IMG/VR virus record: IMGVR_UViG_3300023112_000003
Source: a virus
Strand: one strand, 5' to 3'
DNA length: 42,816 nucleotides
Shown here: positions 17,838-26,147 of the stretch, piece by piece
Layout: the number at the start of each line of letters is the position of its first letter
Numbering within the stretch: position 1 is the first letter of the stretch
Translations under genes and position numbers: made by a program
The notes under the pieces: generated by a model
What the model was told of the DNA's origin: nothing
The model's database searches: none
What the model saw: only the letters and a program-made list of their open reading frames with translations

Positions 17838-19060
17838 ATATCCTCCAAGATACTTAGATCAACAGTATTGCTTGCAACCAAGGTTTCACTGAGACACCCC
17901 TTGTACCTGTAAATATATTTGAAGTGTTCTGGAATTCTCCTATAGCCATAGAATCTGTCTAATTCCTCCTCGGCATCATGCATTATAATGAAATCGGCGT
18001 TATCCTTTAACCTAATAGCATCTATATGTCTTCTCTTAGCTGGTTTGTGGTCTATTAAGACAACTCCCCAATGAGTATCGTCGATATCTGCTAGATTCCA
18101 ATTGTCTATTTTTTCCACTTTGTGGTAATCGCTATGATATTGTCTATTTATTTCATAGTATTTAGGATCATTCTCATAAGATAGGATTTGTCTTTTCTCT
18201 TTAGCACACATCATGTCTATTAAAGGGGTGCTGTATTGTCCCATACCCATCTCTAAAACGGGCCCCTCGGATAGACTCAGGGCTCTAGATAGAACAGGCA
18301 TATGGGTCCCCCCTAGATCATTGTCTTTAAAGTTAGGTGAATTAGGTGGTCGCCACAGATCCATAACATCGTTTACAGACCCCCATGGGTTTAGCCAATC
18401 TCCTCTAAGATTTCCTAGTTGTTTGTTGGGACCTGGTCTTCCTCCTGTTATATATCCTAGAGCGTGTTCGTGTGAGAAAACTACATTAGGATAAGCAGAG
18501 TAGTGTTCTTCTGTCTTTACTGGGGTCACACCAAGGTGTTTATCGTACCTACCTGGCTCACCGCAATATTTGTTATCGTATTCGGGATATTTGGCAAACC
18601 TTTCTTCCATAGCCTTAATGAATAGTTCTCTATTACATACCATTGAGTTAATAATCTTTCGTCTCCTCCAAGAGAAAACTAAAGGATCCGACCATGTAAA
18701 AAAGGAATATTTGTTCATCTCATAGGAGATAGTGTCACTCTTTGGCCTATGGTGGAAGTAGTCAGGTGAGTACAAAACGTCGTCTTCTGCCATTGCAATA
18801 TACTCAGTCTTGGCTGCCTTGGCTCCAATTAGTATTTGCATAAACACATTCTTAAAAGATCTTCCTATATCCCCAACGCAGATGTTCTCTCCGAAATCCA
18901 TGGGTTGGTGAGAGACAGAGATCAAAGGGGTATCTAGTATAGACTCCTTTAAGATTCTTCTAGTGTTCTCTACAAAGTAGGGATTGGTCTTGTCTAGGTG
19001 ATTAGCCGTATAATAGATGACAGTGAGGTCACTATGAGTCTTCGGTTTGGCATGCTTCAC
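17834..19060 (-). CDS. two-domain protein: GT-A-like N-domain + Rossmann/class I methyltransferase-like C-domain (408 aa)
   Basis: LTVIYYTAN..IAMAEDDVLY (acidic DxD-type motif). C-terminal GPVLEMGMGQYST..VVLIDHKPAKRR resembles SAM-MTase motifs I and post-II. GTG start overlapping the HNH stop (GTGA). Confidence 0.55.
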   Translation of the reverse strand: MKHAKPKTHSDLTVIYYTANHLDKTNPYFVENTRRILKESILDTPLISVSHQPMDFGENICVGDIGRSFKNVFMQILIGAKAAKTEYIAMAEDDVLYSPDYFHHRPKSDTISYEMNKYSFFTWSDPLVFSWRRRKIINSMVCNRELFIKAMEERFAKYPEYDNKYCGEPGRYDKHLGVTPVKTEEHYSAYPNVVFSHEHALGYITGGRPGPNKQLGNLRGDWLNPWGSVNDVMDLWRPPNSPNFKDNDLGGTHMPVLSRALSLSEGPVLEMGMGQYSTPLIDMMCAKEKRQILSYENDPKYYEINRQYHSDYHKVEKIDNWNLADIDDTHWGVVLIDHKPAKRRHIDAIRLKDNADFIIMHDAEEELDRFYGYRRIPEHFKYIYRYKGCLSETLVASNTVDLSILEDI

Positions 19061-19428
19061 AGTATTTTATCCTTCCCGTTGCCAAACTCACGCTTCTCTA
19101 TCCTTTTTATTGTATTACAGTTTGCACATAATAGCTGATAACTATTTTCTCTATTCTCCATGACTTTTTTGTAAAAACCAATTACTTGTTTATTTCTATC
19201 TTTCCTACCACCACCATTAACATGGTCTATTTGCAAAGCTCTAATGTCGTCGAAACCACAATGCACACAAGCACCACCCAAATGGTCTAATACTTTTTTA
19301 CGCCATTCTTTCCTGTAGACCTTATGTTTTGTTAACACCTTTAGTTTATTGTTATCGTAATATATCTTCTGTCTGGGATATTTTATCCCAGTTAAGTCGT
19401 CGTGTGTTTTAGGTTTAGCGTGTTTCAT
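19057..19428 (-). CDS. HNH endonuclease (free-standing, inside the glycosylation island)
   Basis: CVHCGF..LQIDHVNGGG..N..LLCANCNTIK; 123 aa. First 13 residues duplicate the N-terminus of the downstream GT gene. Confidence 0.85.
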   Translation of the reverse strand: MKHAKPKTHDDLTGIKYPRQKIYYDNNKLKVLTKHKVYRKEWRKKVLDHLGGACVHCGFDDIRALQIDHVNGGGRKDRNKQVIGFYKKVMENRENSYQLLCANCNTIKRIEKREFGNGKDKIL

Positions 19429-19949
19429 TTTTTATACCACCAACAGGGGTAGCCTTTCTTTTCTTTTAATAAATTCAATTCTACATCTAGTATATCTATC
19501 CATTCATCTACTGCGGACTTTACCCCGTACCTATCACCATCATCGTGGTAGTCGTGTCCCGCCACTATCCCTCCTTCTCTTACCTTATGGTGCCACTCTC
19601 TAATATCCTCAACTGTATGTTCATAGTCGTGGTTAGCGTCTATATAAACAAAGTCTAAGGAGCCGTCCTCAAACTCTTTAACCGCATCCATAGAATAGGC
19701 CTTAATCATGAAGCAATTGTCAAAAGGTTCTAGTCTGTCCTTAGCGTACTCATAAAACTTCTTTGGTGAGTTCTGATTAGCATAGGACTCCCAAGGATCA
19801 ATAGAATATAGAGTTAGGTTTGGGACCTTCTGTAGTAAACACTTAGAGAACCTGCCTAGTTCCACACCTATTTCTGCACCTATAGTGTATCCGTTCTCTT
19901 CAAATAGCTTGGGAAAGTAGTCCCATCTCCTACCTTTTACTATATTCAT
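19425..19949 (-). CDS. class I SAM-dependent methyltransferase (Methyltransf_24/TylF-like, candidate sugar O-methyltransferase)
   Basis: GAEIGVELGRFS..LYSIDPW..LDFVYIDANHDYEHT..GGIVAGHDY. Confidence 0.7.
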   Translation of the reverse strand: MNIVKGRRWDYFPKLFEENGYTIGAEIGVELGRFSKCLLQKVPNLTLYSIDPWESYANQNSPKKFYEYAKDRLEPFDNCFMIKAYSMDAVKEFEDGSLDFVYIDANHDYEHTVEDIREWHHKVREGGIVAGHDYHDDGDRYGVKSAVDEWIDILDVELNLLKEKKGYPCWWYKK

Positions 19950-20476
19950 ATCTTTTTAAACTTGGCGTATTCCCTTCTGTCATGCGGATAAACCGTTATT
20001 GGCCCTTCCAACTTAAATCCGTAGCTCTCTATTAATGCAGTTAGTTCTGTAGGTGTCCACTCCTGAACATGGCGTTTTTCTAAACGTGCTCTCTTGATTG
20101 GGTTAACGACATACAGATAGTCTTCTAAGACCCTGTAAGCCTCTCTAAGAGCTTTTTCAGGTTCTTCTAGGTGTTCTAGCGTGTCACCAAATAACGCAGC
20201 AGAGAACGTACCATCATCCCAGGGGAGCTCATAAGCACTGCCTAATATTACGTTTGCTTCGTGTTCGTTGGCAAGTTTTACACCAGTAGGTTCATTATCT
20301 ATACCAGTAAACCCCATTAAACCAGTAATAAGACCGTCTCCGGCCCCTATATCAAGTACGTTCTTTTCCTTTATCCAATCTTTGATTATCTGGACGTGTT
20401 TATATGTTTTGGTTGTGGGGTCTTCGTATTCTCTCCAATGGTAGTCACCTTTTTTGTCATATTTATCAAACCTCAT
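19946..20476 (-). CDS. class I SAM-dependent methyltransferase (Methyltransf_11-like)
   Basis: VLDIGAGDGLITG motif I; AALFGDTLEHLEEPEKALREAYRVL. Start taken at MRFDKY (20476); an alternative ATG is at 20515. Confidence 0.75.
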   Translation of the reverse strand: MRFDKYDKKGDYHWREYEDPTTKTYKHVQIIKDWIKEKNVLDIGAGDGLITGLMGFTGIDNEPTGVKLANEHEANVILGSAYELPWDDGTFSAALFGDTLEHLEEPEKALREAYRVLEDYLYVVNPIKRARLEKRHVQEWTPTELTALIESYGFKLEGPITVYPHDRREYAKFKKI

Positions 20477-21356
20477 ATTTCTGGTATTCCTCGGGCCAAC
20501 CAGGAACAGGGCCATATGTATCGGTGAATTTAGCTATTAACCATTCGATTGGGTATATTTGTTTGTGAAACATTGTTCCCATCTCCATCCATCCTAAGAA
20601 AGGATCTGGGTTGGGGTGGAATGTTCCTTTAGGTACAGGGTATCCTCTACCATACTTCTTACCTTTATGTAGGTGTGCGTACCAAGTAGCTTTGTTTCTA
20701 ACTACCCTACCCCCTGATAACCAGCAGTTTAATCCTATTTCCAGAAACTCATTCCAGAAAGGCCCATACTGTTCTTCATTACAAAGCTCTAGTTCATAGA
20801 AATAATCCTTATGCATAAACCAACAGGAACCTTGTGCTGACATTAAATCAACGATATGTTCCTCTGGTAATGGATCTTTATTATTCAATTCTTTCCAGAG
20901 ATCTCCGTGGAGTCCTCTTTTTCTACCATCTGCTAATTCCAAGTATGGGTATGTTAGATACATGTAGTCAATATCTGGTCTGCCGTCTTCGGTGAATACC
21001 CAAGCCTCTGGGTCTAGTCTCTTTCTTTTAGGTACAACTACCCAGTTCTTCTCGCAGTCTGCAACGAGCTTAACATCATAGCCCTCATCTAGCATACAAT
21101 GGGCGTCAATTTTCATGATGTATTTACCTTTGGCTATAGCAACAGCTGAAGCAATCCCATTTCTCATGCCGTGGGATTTTCCTCTGTGGATAATATGTAA
21201 TCTGTCGTCTTCTGGGAGTTCGTTGGGTTCGGTCCAATAACCATCTAATATAACAATAATCTCAATCTCTCCTCTGGCTTTCTCCAGTAAATCTTTTACC
21301 GTCTTGCCTAGGAAACGCTCATTTCTCGATGGTATTACTACTGATACAACGGGCAT
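20466..21356 (-). CDS. GT2-family glycosyltransferase (GT-A fold, DxH type)
   Basis: VSVVIPSRNE, ILDG, KIDAHCML, NEFLEIGLNCWLSGGRVV. Start taken at ATG 21356 (MPVVSVV), 6 nt downstream of TATAAT; the track ORF begins at GTG 21371. Confidence 0.8.
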   Translation of the reverse strand: MPVVSVVIPSRNERFLGKTVKDLLEKARGEIEIIVILDGYWTEPNELPEDDRLHIIHRGKSHGMRNGIASAVAIAKGKYIMKIDAHCMLDEGYDVKLVADCEKNWVVVPKRKRLDPEAWVFTEDGRPDIDYMYLTYPYLELADGRKRGLHGDLWKELNNKDPLPEEHIVDLMSAQGSCWFMHKDYFYELELCNEEQYGPFWNEFLEIGLNCWLSGGRVVRNKATWYAHLHKGKKYGRGYPVPKGTFHPNPDPFLGWMEMGTMFHKQIYPIEWLIAKFTDTYGPVPGWPEEYQKYEV

Positions 21357-21368
21357 AAATTTATTATA
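21354..21368 (-). promoter_or_regulatory. TATAAT-N6-ATG leaderless-type promoter/start (GT2 gene)
   Basis: Minus strand reads GTGTATAATAAATTTATG. Confidence 0.45.
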
Positions 21369-21391
21369 CACGAATTGTAGGGAGGTGCAAA

Positions 21392-21754
21392 CTATGCTTC
21401 TATGTAGAGATAGACTGTAAACTCAACGTCAGCGTTATTCTGCTCGGCAGATGCCGTGACTGTTACTGTTACTGGTCCAACACATGGGATTCTAAGAGGT
21501 GTTTCCTCTGTAGCTCCAAATGCTTGGCTAATATCAAGAGTTGTTGAACTCTCGGCTAGGGAACCAACTTCATATATAGTGACGTTGTTTACGTCAGTTA
21601 TTTTAACTGTGTAAGTATCTGAACCATCCAAAGCCCCTGCTGTGGAAGCAACACCTACTATAAATCCTGCTGGGATCTCTTGTGTAGCAGATGCAATAGC
21701 TGTACTTTCGTCAACTATGGTTAATGGAATCGCAATACTTTGTACTTTTGCCAT
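21392..21754 (-). CDS. hypothetical beta-rich protein (120 aa), possible minor structural protein
   Basis: ORF with TATAAT-N6-ATG start, located inside the late operon. Confidence 0.5.
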   Translation of the reverse strand: MAKVQSIAIPLTIVDESTAIASATQEIPAGFIVGVASTAGALDGSDTYTVKITDVNNVTIYEVGSLAESSTTLDISQAFGATEETPLRIPCVGPVTVTVTASAEQNNADVEFTVYLYIEA

Positions 21755-21766
21755 ATGTATATTATA
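21752..21766 (-). promoter_or_regulatory. TATAAT-N6-ATG leaderless-type promoter/start (120-aa gene), extended -10 TGA
   Basis: Minus strand reads TGATATAATATACATATG. Confidence 0.5.
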
Positions 21767-21784
21767 TCAGGTAAGGGGGAAAGG

Positions 21785-22000
21785 TTACACAATGGTTTTC
21801 TTATTCATCATCCTGGCGACCATCTTTGAGATCTCCATTATGTCATCATCACCAACGTCCTCTTTTTTCCTGTCGATCTGGGAGTTGTAATAATCAAGGA
21901 AAGTCATCATATCTTGGACACTATTGAAGTCCTCTAAATCAATCTTTCCTTTAGCTTCCATCTTTCCTTTTAGTTCTTTGAACTTGTGAGGTTTAGGCAT
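21785..22000 (-). CDS. hypothetical protein (71 aa)
   Basis: ORF overlapping the stop of the upstream GT gene by 8 nt. Confidence 0.45.
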   Translation of the reverse strand: MPKPHKFKELKGKMEAKGKIDLEDFNSVQDMMTFLDYYNSQIDRKKEDVGDDDIMEISKMVARMMNKKTIV

Positions 22001-22670
22001 CTGGGAAGCTCGTCTTTCCAGTCTGGGCTGCGTAAGCCACTAGGTTAGCGATCCAGAGCAAATCTACCATCTTATAATGAGATCCAACATGGTTGAAATC
22101 CACAAAGACGGGAATATCTAATTTTTTACATTTAATACAGAAGGACATATCGTCGTTTGTTATCATAGTACCGTCTTCTTTAAACATATCGTTGAATGGG
22201 CCCCCAAACTCTTCTACCACCCTCTCTATTACATCTCTTTTAATACACATTAATCCTGTACCCACAGCATCTACTTGTTTTACCCCGTCTCTAAACTCAA
22301 GTGGGTACTGCTTAAATCCTACTTCTTCTGGGAAGTTTTCTCCAAACTGATAGACATGGAAATGCACACCCCTCTCACTCCTGCCTGGGTAAACTCCTGC
22401 TATAACTGGTTTATCTTCGTCTAATAGGTCAAATGGGTTTATGTGCGGGGGGTTGTCGTCATCAACCATAAATAGATAGTCCCAATCTCCTTCTAAGAAG
22501 TCTTTAACTATCTGATTTCTGTTATTAGCAATTGGTCTTGCGGAGGGGAAGAATATGCGAAATTCGTAGTCTTTGGCCTTTTCCTGCATCCAGGCAAATA
22601 GGCTAGTTTCAAATCCGGTAATTGTTGTGCCTTGATTTAACACGTTTACCATTACTTTCTTTCTTGTCAT
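21993..22670 (-). CDS. GT-A fold glycosyltransferase (DxD type)
   Basis: 225 aa; YLFMVDDDNPP acidic metal motif, then GTGLMCIKRDV and DDMSFC segments typical of small GT2-like enzymes. Confidence 0.6.
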   Translation of the reverse strand: MTRKKVMVNVLNQGTTITGFETSLFAWMQEKAKDYEFRIFFPSARPIANNRNQIVKDFLEGDWDYLFMVDDDNPPHINPFDLLDEDKPVIAGVYPGRSERGVHFHVYQFGENFPEEVGFKQYPLEFRDGVKQVDAVGTGLMCIKRDVIERVVEEFGGPFNDMFKEDGTMITNDDMSFCIKCKKLDIPVFVDFNHVGSHYKMVDLLWIANLVAYAAQTGKTSFPDA

Positions 22671-22682
22671 GACTGAAGTATA
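22668..22682 (-). promoter_or_regulatory. TATACT-N6-ATG leaderless-type promoter/start (GT-A gene)
   Basis: Minus strand reads TATACTTCAGTCATG, just after a hairpin. Confidence 0.4.
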
Positions 22683-22687
22683 TCACC

Positions 22688-22715
22688 AAAGCCCCGTATG
22701 TTTCAACGAGGCTTT
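22688..22715 (-). terminator. hairpin between the decoration-like gene and the GT-A gene (weak terminator/attenuator candidate)
   Basis: Minus strand reads AAAGCCTCG-N10-CGGGGCTTT: 9-bp stem with one G-U pair. Confidence 0.3.
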
Positions 22716-22726
22716 TGCATTCAGCG

Positions 22727-23545
22727 TTATGCGGATGGTGATGGGCTCTCTGAGCTTGATTCTGAAGAGCTTGTACTTAATGACGAGCTGGCAGAACTTG
22801 AGGCTGAGGAGCTGATTGAGCTAGAAGCAGAACTGGATACAGAACTACTAATAGATGCGGAAGCAGATTCTGAGCTACTTTCTGAACTAGATTCTGAGGC
22901 TGACTCGGAGGCCGACTCGGAACTAGAAGCGGAGGAGCTGACAGAACTACTTACAGAAGCTGATGCTGATTCAGAACTACTCTCGGAAGAGCTGACTGAT
23001 GCAGATGAGCTTGCTGAGCTACTCTCTGAGCTGCTCACGGAAGCTGAAGAGCTTGCGGAACTGCTTATTGAAGAGCTCGCTGAAGAGCTGATAGATGAGC
23101 TTGCTGAATTGCTCAAAATATCTTGCCCTGTAATAGATCTAAATTCTAGTTCTACAACCATGTTTCTAAGGTCCGTAGTGGTTCCTGAGAAATCAAGGCC
23201 TACTCTATCACCCTCTTTAAACTTGGTGACGAAAGGAACTAGGTGTTTAGCTTTAGCTATGTCTACTGTATCAACTGTAACTACTGTACTTGCGGTGGAT
23301 TCTAGATCGAAAGAAGAGGACAGAAGGTCATTACCTTCGGTTGATGTCTCTGTGTTTCTTAACTTCTCTACCATAAGGGTAGCGGTTGCTCCTGCTGCGA
23401 CTGTGTGAACCTCCTTAATGGAGACCAATTCGCAATCTTCAGGGACTATTCCGATAACTACATCTGAGAAGCCATGGGACAATTGGTACCTAATAACAAA
23501 GCTATTTCTATGTGTTTCAACTATATTTCTTAATTTTATTGCCAT
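22727..23545 (-). CDS. head decoration/cement-like protein with 128-aa C-terminal poly-Ser tail (272 aa)
   Basis: The first ~140 aa are paralogous to 23583..23981: VVIGIVPEDCELVSIKEVH vs KVIGIMPVRAQLVAVKEVH; EGDRVGLDFSGTTTDL vs AGDRVGVNMTGTTTSL. Residues 145-272 are SSSxSxS repeats. Confidence 0.6.
   Translation of the reverse strand: MAIKLRNIVETHRNSFVIRYQLSHGFSDVVIGIVPEDCELVSIKEVHTVAAGATATLMVEKLRNTETSTEGNDLLSSSFDLESTASTVVTVDTVDIAKAKHLVPFVTKFKEGDRVGLDFSGTTTDLRNMVVELEFRSITGQDILSNSASSSISSSASSSISSSASSSASVSSSESSSASSSASVSSSESSSESASASVSSSVSSSASSSESASESASESSSESSSESASASISSSVSSSASSSISSSASSSASSSLSTSSSESSSESPSPSA
22730..23113 (-). repeat. poly-Ser coding tract, 128 aa, C-terminal tail of the decoration-like protein
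   Basis: Residues 145-272: SNSASSSISSSASSSISSSASSSASVSSSESSSASSSASVSSSESSSESASASVSSS...SESPSPSA. Confidence 0.95.
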
Positions 23546-23582
23546 ATTTTTTCACCCCTTTCATTAGGGTAACTTTGTACTA

Positions 23583-23981
23583 TTAGGCGTCTACTGGTCT
23601 AAACTGACAAGCAACGATCATTGTGTCTAAGGATGTTGTTGTTCCAGTCATATTAACTCCGACTCTGTCTCCAGCTTCGAATATATGAATGTTACTGGCT
23701 GTGACGATTGTTCCAGACTGTACGGTGTCTGCTGTGCCTTCTGCATCAATTGTTGCAGCAACCACCTGATCTCCTGTTCCGGATGTTTCTGTGCCCTGTA
23801 ATCTTTCGATAGATACGGTACAAGTTTGTCCTGCGGCGGTTCCATGAACCTCTTTAACAGCTACTAATTGTGCCCTAACAGGCATTATCCCGATAACTTT
23901 ATCAACCACAGTTGCGGACTGTAGGTCAGTTATTAGGAATGTGTCTCTTGCTTCTACGTCTAAGTTTCTTCTGTATATCAT
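23583..23981 (-). CDS. head decoration/cement-like protein (132 aa)
   Basis: Immediately downstream of the capsid gene and its terminator. Strong SD (GAAAGAAGGTGA). Paralogue of the N-domain of 22727..23545. Confidence 0.55.
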   Translation of the reverse strand: MIYRRNLDVEARDTFLITDLQSATVVDKVIGIMPVRAQLVAVKEVHGTAAGQTCTVSIERLQGTETSGTGDQVVAATIDAEGTADTVQSGTIVTASNIHIFEAGDRVGVNMTGTTTSLDTMIVACQFRPVDA

Positions 23982-24000
23982 TTCTATTCACCTTCTTTCA

Positions 24001-24036
24001 ATTTAAATACAATAACCCCCTCCACTAGGAAGGGGG
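24001..24036 (-). terminator. intrinsic terminator downstream of the capsid gene
   Basis: Minus strand reads CCCCCTTCCTAGTGGAGGGGG (GC-rich stem with one bulge) followed by TTATTGTATTTAAAT. Confidence 0.6.
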
Positions 24037-24105
24037 CCATGTTTTGGATAGTTTACCCCTCTTGCGAGGATACTTCATTTATAGTTTGAATAAACTCTTA
24101 GATGT

Positions 24106-25311
24106 TTATTGAACGTCTCTAAGGAACGAGTGAGCTCTAGGACGATCTGTTACGAAGTCTGCGTACCAGTAAAGGACGGCTTCATAAGCATCGGAACCTG
24201 AAACTCTAGATAGAACTGCTCCATCTTTGTCCATCCAGGACCAGCTGTTCATTTGCATTATCTGCAAGTGATCTGTGTCTATGAAGAACAAAGTGTTAGG
24301 CATACAGTCTACGTCTGCAACTAAAGGTACTCCATTGATTTCTAATCCCTTGAAGCCACCATCTAGATCCATTGTGTTAACGTATCGCTTGTCGGCTACG
24401 ACTAAAGCTGCGTAAGCATCTCTCATGTCGTGGTCACCGATAACCATTTTTACGCTACCACCGTTCTTCTCTACTGCTGAGAACCCTGCTTGAATCAATG
24501 GGAGGGTTAAGTCTCTCAAAGTTCCAGAGTTACTGTCATTAGTAAATGTAGAACACTTCCACCATGCGTAGGTACCTCTTGCGAGACCGTGCAAAGTGTT
24601 AACGTAGGTGTTGTCGTCGACAATACCCTTTAATCCCATCATTTCGTAGGATGTCAATGCCTCGTCTGTTGCGTTAGCTCTAGATACGATGTCATTGTCA
24701 GCTACGTCAGCGTTGATAGCTGCGGAGAGTGTTACTTCTGTGGAAGAGTCAACTGTAGATACAGTTAAGTCGTTACCTGAAGTTGTTAATGCTCCTGTTG
24801 CTGGGTCAAGAATGTCGATAAGCATACCCTCAAAGAAGTAGTTAGTACCGGGAGCGTCCAATGTCAATGTTGTACCTGTGCCAGGATCTCCGTTAATAAC
24901 GGCTCTTGTACCTGTACCATCGTTATGAAGCTGGTAGTTAATGTCTTTCTTTAAGTCGCGTGTTACACCCTTAATTTCGGAATCTAGTGCCCTTACGATT
25001 GCTCCAGTGTCATTCCTAGAAGCAGCGATAGTAGGTCCGGAAACCTGGATTCTACCTCTGTTGTATTTAACAACACCATTAGGATTCAAGTAAGCTTGAT
25101 TTCCTGCTGTTGGTAGTGCGGTTTCTGTACCTGCACCAATTCCTGAGTTTCTCTGGTAGTGAGCAACTGTTTGCCACTGTTTACCAGAAACGTCTCTTTC
25201 GTTTCGTTGTACCTTGTTTAAAAGTACTGTAGCACTTTCCAACTGTTCTCTTACCACTGGTAAGTAGTCAATCTTTAGTGCTTCATCGAAGTTTGTTAAT
25301 GTTTGTGCCAT
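24106..25311 (-). CDS. major capsid protein (HK97-fold type)
   Basis: 401 aa, placed after the scaffold gene and followed by a strong hairpin terminator. Composition and length are typical of HK97-like capsid proteins. Confidence 0.75.
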   Translation of the reverse strand: MAQTLTNFDEALKIDYLPVVREQLESATVLLNKVQRNERDVSGKQWQTVAHYQRNSGIGAGTETALPTAGNQAYLNPNGVVKYNRGRIQVSGPTIAASRNDTGAIVRALDSEIKGVTRDLKKDINYQLHNDGTGTRAVINGDPGTGTTLTLDAPGTNYFFEGMLIDILDPATGALTTSGNDLTVSTVDSSTEVTLSAAINADVADNDIVSRANATDEALTSYEMMGLKGIVDDNTYVNTLHGLARGTYAWWKCSTFTNDSNSGTLRDLTLPLIQAGFSAVEKNGGSVKMVIGDHDMRDAYAALVVADKRYVNTMDLDGGFKGLEINGVPLVADVDCMPNTLFFIDTDHLQIMQMNSWSWMDKDGAVLSRVSGSDAYEAVLYWYADFVTDRPRAHSFLRDVQ

Positions 25312-25375
25312 GTTATTTTCACAACCTTTCTTATATGTTTAATTATTTGCTATGTTGTTGTTGGGAAAATAAGAG

Positions 25376-26086
25376 TTAGGTCCTCTTGATACGGTTAAAG
25401 GCGTTCTTGGCAGCTTCTTCAAAGTTTTTGGCTTTTTTACCAGCCGGTTTACCTGGTTCTGAGGTACCTGTACTTTCAGTTTTGACGGTGGAACCTTTAC
25501 CCTTTATGGCGTCTTTTATCATGTTATCGTTTATAACATCTCTGTGCAATACACTATACGCAACTTCTGGGTCATAGATTTCTTTATCCATCATGAAAGC
25601 TAAAACATCGTCTTTGGCAAATTTGGGTAACCCATCTTTACCATCGTGTGTCTTTTCGGCAGCATCAAAACGGCTGTTCCATTCACGATCTTTCTCCTCA
25701 CGGGCACGTTCAACTTCACGAGCTTGTTCATATGTTTTAATTGTGTTTAGGGCTATCTGACCGATGGCCTCTTTAACATTCGGATCAACATCTTTTAGGA
25801 GCTCGTTGCTGTCTAGGGCCTCTTGGGCCTGAACTTCCGCTCTCTTCTCCCTCTCAGCTGCTGTCTTTTCAAATTCAGACAACTTTTGAGATCTTTTTGT
25901 GAACTCTGAGTTTAGTTTTGAGTATTCACCCAAAAGCTCGTCTCCCGATAACTCCCTACCGTCTGGTAGTTTGTGTAGGTTGGACACCTCTTGTTCTGTT
26001 GTTTCCGACTGTTCCGGGGTGGCTTGCTGAGTATCTTCTGCGATTGTCTCAGTGCTTTCCTGGCCTTGGTCTAGTGTTTCGTCCAT
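25376..26086 (-). CDS. scaffolding protein
   Basis: 236 aa, acidic N-terminus, long charged helical repeats, located directly upstream of the capsid gene. Confidence 0.6.
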   Translation of the reverse strand: MDETLDQGQESTETIAEDTQQATPEQSETTEQEVSNLHKLPDGRELSGDELLGEYSKLNSEFTKRSQKLSEFEKTAAEREKRAEVQAQEALDSNELLKDVDPNVKEAIGQIALNTIKTYEQAREVERAREEKDREWNSRFDAAEKTHDGKDGLPKFAKDDVLAFMMDKEIYDPEVAYSVLHRDVINDNMIKDAIKGKGSTVKTESTGTSEPGKPAGKKAKNFEEAAKNAFNRIKRT

Positions 26087-26147
26087 AATTTTTTATGACT
26101 GCCTTTCGGCTTGGTCAACATAAGTATAAGGATTTAACGACGTCGTG

